Shown here: piece after piece, positions 53,653 through 64,000 of the stretch
Layout: every line of letters begins with the position of its first letter
Position numbering within the stretch: position 1 is the stretch's first letter
Assembly: GCA_964016885.1 (NCBI GenBank)
Contig: OZ024760.1
Coordinates: 5,270,001 to 5,334,000 of the forward strand
Length of the DNA: 64,000 nt
Direction: 5' to 3'
DNA from: Eledone cirrhosa
Lineage: Eukaryota
Notes under the pieces: generated by a model
Told to the model about the DNA's origin: nothing
The model's database searches: none
The model's input: only the letters and a program-made list of their open reading frames with translations
Program-made: the position numbers and the translations under genes

Positions 53653-55138
53653 TTAAACTCAGACAGCAGAGAGAGCCGAAACAAATGCCACAAATCATTT
53701 TATTTGATGTATTATTGATTCTGCCAATTCCCCACCTTTGACGGGTATTTTACATTTTTTTTTATCGATCCCAGATTGATGAAAAACATAGTTGACCTCT
53801 GAAAGATTTAAACTGAGAAAGCAGAGAAGGGAGTAAAAATGAATACCACAAACCATTCTATCCAACGTTCTAATGACTGCCAACTCCCCGCCTAGCAACA
53901 ACAACAAAAATATTGGTGAACAGAGAAACAATCCACAAGGTGGGTGACAGGCAGATGAAATATAGAAAAGATTGAATGAGAAGGAAAACAAAGTATATTA
54001 GTGCATAGATGTGACTGGAAGAAAGAAATAAAGAAAGGCTAGTCTCTGTCCTCTGAAGTATTTTTGTCTTTGACAGCATTAGCTGAGGCATCACTTTGAC
54101 AGCATTAGGTGAGGCATCACAGTCTTTGACAGCATTTAGCTGTTTTAACAGCTGTTCTAGCGATGAGTTTTCTCATTTTTATATATATTCAAATACACGC
54201 TCGCTTCATCTCAATCAGAGACAGCATTGTTTTTTCATTTAACAAAATACTGTTTTAAAGTAAAAATTCAATACAATAAGATTTGCTATAAAAATATTTT
54301 ATTTTTTTTTAAATTCATTACCACTACATAAGCATAAAACCAAAATTTTATTTTATCTCCCAAACTGTTAAGGTGTAAAAACTAGATTTTCCAACTCATA
54401 ATAAAGACATTTCTTTCCTTTTTTTTTTTATTTTCTTCTTTTTTTAAAATTTTTCATAATTAATGTCATTGTTTAGAAAATACAAATAGATTTTGCATTA
54501 ACAAATTTTATTTTATTTAAATTTTTTTTAAATTCCTTTTTTTAAATTTATATTCCCCCCAAAAAACTAAATAAGTTACAAAATTTCTTTATGAAAACCC
54601 TGAATACATTTTTGTCATTTTCCCAAAGGGTTTGAGGGGGCTCCCTCATTGATTTTTTCTTTTTTTTAAGGTTGATTTAATTCTTAACATCCTGTGAGGA
54701 TATAGCAGAAAATATTTAAAAAATAGATTTGTTAATTCAAAAGTTTATAGTATCTTTGTCTACTGGTGTGTCTGGATAGTCGACAGATCGATGTGAAACT
54801 GTTCAGTAAACTACTGTAAAGATTTAAAATTTTTTTTTAAAATATGATGCAGTCAGTGCTGTTTTGTACTTTACAAGAATGTCTTGCTTGCTAATGCGGC
54901 ATCATGTGGTACAGGACATTAAGATTTAATCAGAAAGGGATCATAAAAAGGTCAAATAATTAATTCTTAAAGTGATAATAGCTATTATAGTAATTACAAT
55001 TATATAAAGATGTAATTACTATTATTCGTTGAAAATATATTGGGAAGAAAGAAAAGTGTAATTTACACTAAAGATTATTATTATTATTATTTTATTTTTA
55101 TTTTTGTTGAAAGCTATTATTTTGAAATTTGCTAAATT

Positions 55139-55330
55139 TTATTTATCTTTTTGGCTTTCTTCTTTTTCTTGTTGTTCTTGTTCTTGTTCCTGTTGTTGCT
55201 GTTTTTGTTGCTGTTGTTGTTGCTGCTGTTCTGCTTCCTTCTGGGCTTTACTTCGGTATTTGGCTTTCAATTTGTACTTTAACCTTTTCATGTCAGCAAT
55301 CAAGTGTCCCACATTCCACAACCAAAGAAT
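55139..55330 (-). CDS. TMEM18: Transmembrane protein 18, last coding exon
   Basis: Acceptor tctttctcccacttcag, phase 0; ILWLWNVGHLIADMKRLKYKLKAKYRSKAQKEAEQ...KDK-stop. It corresponds to the TMEM18 W-x-W segment and basic tail. Confidence 0.9.
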   Translation of the reverse strand: MLWLWNVGHLIADMKRLKYKLKAKYRSKAQKEAEQQQQQQQQKQQQQEQEQEQQEKEESQKDK

Positions 55331-55349
55331 CTGAAGTGGGAGAAAGACC

Positions 55350-55418
55350 GATAGATAGATAGATAGATAGATATATTTCTTTATTAGCCACAGGGGCACA
55401 AAAGAAGGGGACAAATAC

Positions 55419-55455
<37 letters not shown>

Positions 55456-55860
55456 CCAGTAGATAGATAGAAAGATAGACAGGTAGATAGATGGATTAAT
55501 GGACAGATAGACAGACAGACAGACAGACAGATAGATCGATAGATAGACAAGAAGATGGATAGATAGACAGATAGATAGATAGATAGACAGGTAGATAGAT
55601 AGACAAGTAGATAGATAGATAGACAGGTAGATAGATAGATAGACAGGTAAATAGATAGATAGATAGATAGATAGACCAGTAGATAGATAGATAGATAGAC
55701 CAGTAGATAGATAGATAAATAGATAATGAAATAGGCAAGTAGACAGAGAGAGAGAGAGAGATGAGGACATACAAATAGACCAGTAGGCAAATATGCAGAC
55801 AAATCAACAGACTGACAGGCAGACCAACAGACAGAGAGAGATAAATATACAGACCAACAG
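55350..55860. repeat. (GATA/GACA)n microsatellite
   Basis: Begins right next to the last-exon acceptor. Confidence 0.92.
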
Positions 55861-56019
55861 TAGTCTTGATAAATGGCATGAAATAGTGAGATAACTGTCG
55901 TAATATGGAAAATTTAGGTGAGATAAATGATATCAGTGCAATAACAGTTGTAACATGGAATATTGAGGTAGGAAAAGTTACAACACAGTGAGATAACTGT
56001 TTATATTATTGAAAATTAT

Positions 56020-56520
56020 GTAGATTTAGCTGGCCTCATACATCGTTGCATCGCACAGGCGGTTTCTTGGGTGTTTTAATGAAAGTGACCCTAGTCCTAT
56101 CATGTTGTTGTAACAGCTCACACCTAAGTAGATTTAGCTGGCCTCCTACACCGTTGCATCACGTAAGAGGTTTCTTGGGTATTTTAATGATAGGAGACCA
56201 AATCCTTTCATGTTACTGTTACAGTTCACACCTATGCAGGTTTAACCTATCTTATACATGGTTGCATCACATAGAAGGTTCCTTGGGTGTTTTAATGAAA
56301 GTGATCCTAGTCCTATCATGTTGTTACAGCTCAAACCTAAGTAGATTTATGTGGCTTCGCATGCAATTGCATCACATAGATAGTTTCTGGGGTGTTTTAA
56401 GGATAGAAGCCCCAGGCCTTTCAAGTTGATGCAACTTATACCTATGTAGATTTACCTGGCCTTCTAAGTGGTTGCATTTCAGAGGAGGTTTCAATGATAG
56501 TAGCCCCTAGTCCTTTCACA
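56020..56520. repeat. Diverged ~106-bp tandem repeat (~5 copies)
   Basis: The anchor GTAGATTTAGCTGGCCT and variants occur near 56020, 56128, 56237, 56341 and 56447. A related single unit is near 51045-51145. Confidence 0.75.
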
Positions 56521-56771
56521 GAAGGCAGCTTTACATTATGCACAATGCTCAAAAACACAACATGCTCTCTGGTCCAGGAATTGAACCCACAACTTTCTGA
56601 TTGAGGGTGTAACACCCAAACCACAGGGCCAGGTACCTTCACTAATATGAAATATTTAGATAATTCTTTCTAACGCTGGCACAAGGCCAGCAATTTGGGG
56701 GAAGAGGAAAATTGATTAAATGCCGAATATTGGATTATTAAGATGATAAAAAAGAAAAATATATCACATAC

Positions 56772-56865
56772 CACGATAACCAAACAATTCAAAAGTATTG
56801 GAACTGAGAAGACAAGGGAGATAAATAGACCATTACTGTCAAAGTACTGTTGTCTGGCAAATAAT
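56772..56865 (-). CDS. TMEM18: Transmembrane protein 18, internal exon (94 nt)
   Basis: tttccag|A TTA TTT...ATC GTG|gtatgt; encodes [31 protein letters not shown] with the TMEM18 QYFDSxGxFIS motif. Confidence 0.95.
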
Positions 56866-56934
56866 CTGGAAAGTAATATATATACATTATATTATATATA
56901 TATATACATACATACATCATATACATACATTATT

Positions 56935-57560
56935 TTCATCCTTACGGGGTCGATAAAATAAAGTACCAGTAATACACTGGGAAATTGCTGGCCTTGTGCC
57001 AATAGAAACAATGATATATATACATTATATACATACAATATATATATAATTGTTTCTACTTTTGGCACAAGGCCAGCAATTACTCAGTGCGTTACTGGTA
57101 CTTTACTTTATCGACCCCATAAGGATGAAAGGCAAAGTTAACGTCGGCGGGATTTGAACTCAGAATGGCAAGGGCCGTAACTCTCAAAGCATGGCGTCCG
57201 TCCCTCTGCCGATACTGCCAATCCATATATAATATAGATATATATACCTTCTAAAACATACATTCATTATATACGTACATTATGTACATACATTATAAGC
57301 ATACATTATGCAGGTGCAACAGAAAAACCTCCCAGATTTTACACGGTCAACCATTAAAATGCAGGAAGTATATTTGCCGCATCCTGTATTATATACATAT
57401 ATATAATATACATTATATATAGCATAGTTACGTCCCTTTACGGTCTGAGTTCAAATCCCGCCGAGGTTGATTTTGCCTTTCATCCTTACGGGGTCGATAA
57501 AATAAAGTACCAGTAATGTATTGAGTAATTGCTGGCGTTGTGCCAAAAGTAGAAACAATT
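56935..57560. mobile_element. Three family B SINE copies in alternating orientation
   Basis: Plus partial 56935-57011, minus full 57048-57225, plus 57420-57560. Confidence 0.8.
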
Positions 57561-57583
57561 ATATATACATACATTATATTACA

Positions 57584-57623
<40 letters not shown>

Positions 57624-58757
57624 TATGTTACATACATTACATATATAAAGAGTAAAGAACTCCTCGATCGTGTATGACCATGGAATTTGCACCCAGAAAG
57701 TTCCCCTCCGAGTTACAACATAACACCAGTGACGTTGCAACTCATTTCCACAGCTGAGTGAACTGGAACAACGTGAAATAAAGTGTCTTGCTCAAGGACA
57801 CAACGCAGAATCGAACATACATAAAAAGAATAAAAATTATACATAAGTAAAATATACACATAATTGTATAAAATGGAACTAAGTTTTTTGACTTTGAGTT
57901 AATCTTGTCACTAGATTTAATATTACCACCACGACCAAGCCCTTATATAATTTTACCAGAGTCCACTCTGTTGCGTTTAGATCAGGATTCCGATTTGAGG
58001 GCAACTCTCTCTCTCTCTTTCCGTCCCTCTCAATTCCCTAAGAAGTATCATGAACACGGTCCTACACTCCAACAAAAACAAAACAAACAAAAAAAATACG
58101 CCCAGCCAGTTAGTTATTTCCCTTTTCTAAGTTTACTAGAGTTATCTCCCTTGACAAAATATTAACTTTGAACATTTAGTACTACATGGTATAGTTTTAA
58201 CCAAAATACGATACAATGCTATGACAGCATCACGATATTTAAAGCAGAAGCGTGCAAGCGGTGGCTCGCGGGCCACAATCTGACCTGCCAGACCAGTCTT
58301 ATCTAGAATTTTTTTCGTAACCGTAATACAATTTTCTGTAAGTTGACCTAAAGGGCTTCACTGATAGGGTTATGTGTGTTATAATTTCCCAGTTCCATGT
58401 TATGGAAAGAAGTTGTGGTGAATCTTTGGAATCGTGCTTAATAAATATTAATGGCGCTAATAGTTGTCCAATGTTCAAATGTCGCCCGCCAATGGAATAT
58501 GTTGCACATCCCTGCTTTTATGCCAATACTGCAAATTTCCACACCAATCTTTTAACTAGTAAAGATACTATAAAGATTTAAATTAACAAACCCGTTTTTT
58601 TAAATATTTTATGCTAAAGCATTACATGATGTTAAGAGATAATACTGCAATTTTTCACAACAATTTGTTCACTAGTAAAAGATACTATAAACATTTTAAT
58701 TAACAAACCTATTTTTAGATATTTTCTGCTAAATCATTACAGAATGTTATAGTTTAA

Positions 58758-58966
58758 CCTTTTAGCATTTGCATTACTCCATATTTACTATTATATTTTC
58801 ACGATATAAGCTTTATCTCACATAATATTGAATCGACGAGATTTTGATATTATTTATTTTGAGAACAATACCTTAACATCAGTATGAGTGACCAGTTACA
58901 GCCAGTTTGAACAGAAAGAGGTGAGAGAATTCTGGCAGTATTATGGCTGGTTTAAATGCTAAAGGG
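58758..58966 (+). mobile_element. piggyBac-type MITE
   Basis: TTAA-CCTTTTAGCATTT...AAATGCTAAAGGG-TTAA. Confidence 0.85.
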
Positions 58967-59670
58967 TTAAAGATTCTATAAACATTTGAATTAACAAACC
59001 CATTTTAAGATATTTTCTGTTAAATCATTACAGTATGTTACGGTTTACTTAATATTCTATTAATTCTTCTTTATCAAGTCTCATGTTCACTGGGTCACAG
59101 ATATATCTAATGTTGCAGTCTTGGAGATAGCGCAACAGCTAACATATGTTAACTACCAGACTGATATTACTACTACTACTACCAACAACAACACTACTAT
59201 TGCTACCACCAACAAACCACTACTACAATTACTAACACTACCACCACCACCACAACTACTACTATCACTTCTACTGTTAGTACCACCACCACTTCTGCTG
59301 TTGCTACTACTCTGCAGCTATCACTACTACCATCACTACAACTTACGTTACTATTAAAACTACAACCACCACCATTACTACTAACCACATTACGACTGCT
59401 ACTACCACCACCACCACCACGACTACCACCCTACTACCACCACCACTACTACCACCCCCATGACTACTAGTGCCACTACCACTACTAACGTTACCACCAC
59501 CACCATTACTTCTGCTAATTAGTAATTAGATTATATAGAACCAGGACAATTAGAATCAGATTTACAATTAGTTCCATTAATGGAATATCAAGTCACTCAT
59601 CTTACGTCTCTTAGCAACAGCTGGGGTTTCTCTGTATATATACCTCTGTGTGTATGTGTGTATGTATGCC

Positions 59671-59705
<35 letters not shown>

Positions 59706-59844
59706 CTCTGTGTGTGTATGTATGCCTGTGTGTGTGCGTAGGTAAGTGTGCGTGTGTGTGAGTGCATGTATGTGTGTGTGTATGCCTGTGTGTGTGTATG
59801 ACCGTGTGTGTGTGTATATGTGCATGTGTGTGTATGTATGCTTC

Positions 59845-59876
<32 letters not shown>

Positions 59877-59994
59877 TGTGTATGTATGCCTGTGTGTGTG
59901 CATGTGTGTATGTATGCCTGTGTGTGTGTGTGTGTGCATGTGTGTATGTATGTCTCTGTGTGTGTGTGTGTGTGTGTATAATACAAATAAATAC

Positions 59995-60049
59995 CTGTAG
60001 TTTTTAGCAGCCCATTCATTTATGTATTTTGCTGAATATACCAGTAATA
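59995..60049 (-). CDS. TMEM18: Transmembrane protein 18, internal exon (55 nt)
   Basis: tttgttttcag|TA TTA CTG...TAC AG|gtattt; encodes (L)[17 protein letters not shown](R). Its phases join both neighbouring exons. Confidence 0.95.
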
Positions 60050-60250
60050 CTGAAAACAAATAAATATAAAAAAAAGAAAGAAAAAACTTGTTTAAGCACC
60101 TGTCACAAATTTTGATCTCTCTTACAATCTGGAGATATGGTCTATATATATATATATATATATGTAAAAGGTAAACATAAATAACAACACAATCGGTACA
60201 GTATATGGAAGGAATATGTTAGGTTAACGCTTGAAATAGCAGGAAGAGGG

Positions 60251-60286
60251 TCTTAACGTTTCGGACACCAGTCCTTCATCAGAAGA
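60251..60286 (-). ncRNA. Minimal hammerhead ribozyme motif in a TMEM18 intron
   Basis: Minus strand: TCTT-CTGATGA-A-GGAC-tggt-GTCC-GAAACGTT-AAGA. It lies in a TA-flanked element at ~60165-60485. Confidence 0.65.
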
Positions 60287-60489
60287 AAGAATGAGAAATA
60301 AGATAGATTGAAGGGACAGGCGGGATGGAATTGGAAAAAGTGTCTTTAGATAAAAATAACAGGTCCATTCATGTTGACATCTCAAATTCGTTGGATTTTC
60401 ACCCTGAAACAGGATATAAACCCGGAGTTTACCTGAACTTCCACCAGGAAATCTTTTCGTATCACTGAAATTTCCTTTGCTTCTTTATA

Positions 60490-60528
<39 letters not shown>

Positions 60529-60539
60529 TTATTTATATA

Positions 60540-60690
60540 TACATGTAATAGTAATATGCATGAGCAGCAAAGTGTAAATGAACTAAGAGAGAAATTAAGT
60601 ATAAGAGGGATCAGATGCAGTATACTAGAGAGGAGATTGCACTGGTATGGTCATGTGATGCGTATGAAGGATGACAGTTGTATAAAAATG
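60540..60690 (+). mobile_element. RTE LINE internal fragment
   Basis: Encodes [37 protein letters not shown]. Confidence 0.8.
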
Positions 60691-61171
60691 TGGTTGAGTA
60701 ATGACCTGATACATGCGTTTCACATACATATACGAGTTGAAGAAATGTAAATAAATATGTGTATGTGTTGGAGAATTAAAGGTGTACAGTGTACCCTCGC
60801 CATTCGTGGAATTTTCCATAGTACCTAACTAATAATTGTTCATGGAAACCATTGCATATTCGCAAAATCATAAATATCTTCCGCAATTTTTTTATGGCTT
60901 TTTTGGTGGCAAAATATATTTTTTCACACTTTTTAACACTAAATTATCAATAATATACCATATTTGCCAGCCTATATTTTAAGTTATGTTTTGACATCTA
61001 TAGACATTTTTATGGACCACATCCAATATTCGTGGTTTTTCATTCTTCGCAGGGGTTACATTCCCCGAATACCCACTCTACCGAGGTACAACTGTATTTC
61101 CTATAGGACTCAGAGTAACTGAGACAAAAATGATGAGACAAAATAATGGAATGGTAAAGCAAGATACTTAC

Positions 61172-61289
61172 ACATAACAGCAAAATGCAAAGTCTGGGAG
61201 GTTCCATGAGATTTAGTAAATATGGTAAGTAGAGCACAGAGAACATGGAAGGTACCCAGTCCAAGAAACCATCTTTCACTCCAGTCCAC
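61172..61289 (-). CDS. TMEM18: Transmembrane protein 18, internal exon (118 nt)
   Basis: ttcttgttttgttaatcag|GTG GAC TGG...ATG T|gtaagt; encodes VDWSERWFLGLGTFHVLCALLTIFTKSHGTSQTLHFAVM with the TMEM18 DWxExW...FH motif. This frame differs from the ORF track. Confidence 0.95.
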
Positions 61290-61583
61290 CTGATTAACAA
61301 AACAAGAAATTTAATTCACTAAATGTAAACAAATATTTCAATTGTTGTTTTTGCTTGTTCATTTTGTGTTTGTATTTTTTCTACTTTTAACCCCTTTGTT
61401 ACCATATTTCTAAAGAAAGACACTGTTTATGATATTCAAATAATTTTGAAAATAATCAAGAATTTGGGAGGGATTTAGTAATATAACTAACTTTCTCATT
61501 ATTAAGTTGGTGTTTGGAATATAACAAAGGTTCTTAGATATAATTATGATGGAGGTTTTGGTAGATAAATATAAACACTTCAA

Positions 61584-61791
61584 CCCTTTATTATTTACAT
61601 TCCTCTATATTTACTATTGTATTTTTGCAGTAAACACTTTACCTCACATAATATCGAATCTAAGAGATTTTGATATTATTTATTTTGAGATCAATACTTT
61701 AATATCAGTATGAGTGGCTAGTTACAGCTGGTTTGAACAGAAAGAGGTGAGAGAATTCTGGCTGGAAACTGCCGGTTTAAATGCTAAAGGG
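61584..61791 (+). mobile_element. piggyBac-type MITE
   Basis: Same internal sequence as 3432-3652; right end AAATGCTAAAGGG-TTAA. Confidence 0.8.
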
Positions 61792-62024
61792 TTAAATTTT
61801 TCATTACCATATTTCTAAAGAAAGACAGTGTCTATGATATTCAAATAATTTTGAAAATATTCAAGAATTTGGTGGGATTTAGTAATATAAGTCTCTTATT
61901 ATTATCATCTATCTGGTGTTAATGAAATAAAGTACCAGTCAAATACTGAGAGCCAATATAATTGACTTTCCTATCCCCCATATAATCCCTGGCCTTGTGT
62001 TTAAATTAGAATTACTACTACTAA

Positions 62025-62376
62025 TAATTGTTTCTACTTTAGGCGCAAGGCCAGCAATTATCCCAGTGCATTACTGGTACTTTATTTTATCGATCCCGTA
62101 AGGATGAAAGACAAAGTTGACCTCGGCAGGATTTGAACTCAGATCAGAAAGGAGCGTAACTCTGTGCTGCAAAGCATGTTGTCCGACCCTCTACCGATAC
62201 TGCCAAACCACCACCTATTATTACTACTAATAATAATAATGGTTTCTACTTTAGGCACAAGGCCAGCAATTACCCAGTGTATTACTGGTACTTTATTTTA
62301 TCGACCCCGTAAGGATGAAAGGCAAAGTTAACCTTGGCGGGATTTGAACTCAGAATGGCAAGGGCCGTAACTCTAT
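62025..62376 (-). mobile_element. Two tandem family B SINE copies
   Basis: 62025-62215 and 62240-62376 match the family B copies in reverse complement. Confidence 0.8.
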
Positions 62377-62464
62377 GCGTCTAATGGTTTCTGGTTTAGG
62401 CACAAAGCCAGCAACTTTCGAGAGGGGAAAGTCAATTTAATCGACCCCTGTGTATGACTGGTAC

Positions 62465-63400
62465 TTGTCAGAAGTGGTAGAGATGGTACATTTTGATTTT
62501 CAACAGAAAAAATGCCTGCATAGCATTCAGCAATAAGTTCTGCGGATTCTTCGGGATCGTCAGTAATCCAGCCTGTGTAGAAGAACAACTGGAGAGTGAG
62601 GTCTCTGCTTTGAACGTACATATTTCCAGTATACTTTGCTGTCACGGTTGGTTGCTATATGCTGTTTAAATTCAAGCACTGCCTTTTTTGCCACCTGCTT
62701 GAGATGGTTAGATAATCTATTACGCATTTTTCTATTAACCTCTGATCGATGTAGTTTGTATTCCTCTTCAGCATCACAACAGTCTTTTCTGGCAAGTCGG
62801 ACTGCTGCAGTCTCCCAAATTGCACGTTGTGCTTACATGGTACTGGCTATCCATATTGTATTCAGGATGTTCTGAAGTATAGTGTTCACATCTCCATAGT
62901 TATAAAATTCAAGCCAGTTTGGGCATTCTAGCTCAGTGCAGTAATAGTTCCAGTCTACTTTATTCCAGTCAAAGTGAGCAGTTTGGAGTTGGTTGTAGTT
63001 TTTGTTACTGCTCATAAGAGACAGATTGGCAATGATCATAGCATGATCAGTCACTCAAAGGTTCCTCAGTAGTAAGACTAATCACTGTTTCAGGAGTAGA
63101 GGTAAAAAGCAGATCCTAAGTGTCGTTACCTCTTGTGGGGGGAGGTGACTACTTGGAACCAGTTCAAATCCAGCACTAGCTCAATGAAATTATTTGCACT
63201 TTGCGACCAATGAAAGGTTTCCCAACCAATCTCAGGGTAATTGCAGTCGCTTGCAATGAAAACATAAGTGGCTGTTTTCTTGGCAGCAGTTCTGAGGATA
63301 TCAAAAAGCTGTGTGCCCTGGTGGTAATTGGGGGGGAGAGGGTGGGGGGCAAACAACTCCAAGTAGAAGTGTTGACATGATCATACGTATAATGCAGAAA
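62465..63400 (-). mobile_element. Degenerate CR1-like LINE fragment (endonuclease region and linker)
   Basis: Broken frames with YVFIASDCNYPEIGWE (GDFNYP-like), WFQVVTSP, DHAMI and AELIAECYAGIFS. Confidence 0.6.
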
Positions 63401-63409
63401 AATACTTCT

Positions 63410-64000
63410 ACACAACAAAATATACAGACTGTACAACACACAGATATGTACAACAGACTACACAACACATACAGACGATGTACAACAGACTCACAACACA
63501 CACAGACGATGTACAACAGACTACACAACACACACAGACGATGTACAACAGACAGCACTACACACACAGACGATGTACAACAGACAGCACTACACAACAC
63601 ACACAGACGATACATTAGACAGGCAGTACAACATACAATACACAACACATTAGACAGACATACAACAGACACAATACACCCAACACACTAGACAGACAGT
63701 ACAACAGACACAATACACACTAGACAGACAGTACAACAGACACAATACACACAAGACAGACATACAACAGACACAATACACACAACACACTAGACAGACA
63801 TACAACAGACAATACACAACACACTAGACAGACATACAACAGACAATACACAACACACTAGACAGACATACAACAGACACAATACACACAACACACTAGA
63901 CAGACAGTACAACAGACACAATACACACTAGACAGACAGTACAACAGACACAATACACACAAGACAGACATACAACAGACACAATACACACAACACACTA
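63410..64000. repeat. CA-rich minisatellite
   Basis: ACACTAGACAGACA.TACAACAGACACAATACAC units running to the window end. Confidence 0.9.

Noticed and set aside
61040-61300. ORF-track peptide MLIRWTGVKDGF...
   Set aside because: Wrong frame; the spliced TMEM18 frame VDWSERWF... explains the region.

Overview
This is repeat-dense animal genomic DNA, most likely an octopus. That assignment is inferred from the SINE and LINE types and the extreme microsatellite load. Almost all long ORFs in the track are artefacts of simple repeats. Two host genes are supported on the minus strand. The first is four spliced, in-phase coding exons of TMEM18 (61289 down to 55139; exon 1 not found, probably beyond the window end), ending in a Q/E-rich tail. 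The second is a probable first coding exon of an ABHD1/ABHD3-like gene (42476-42297), with no second exon recognised in the 42 kb below it. The rest consists of RTE, CR1-like and Tx1/L1-like LINE fragments, two tRNA-derived SINE families, piggyBac-type and pogo-type MITEs, a possible solo LTR, and several satellites built from pieces of those elements. The most notable signal is a set of minimal type I hammerhead ribozyme motifs from about eight distinct sequence families. They lie in short elements beside (TA)n tracts, often as long inverted repeats, which fits Penelope-like element remnants. In two families the truncation or inversion point falls inside the ribozyme. Exon and ribozyme coordinates were read base by base; most repeat boundaries are approximate.
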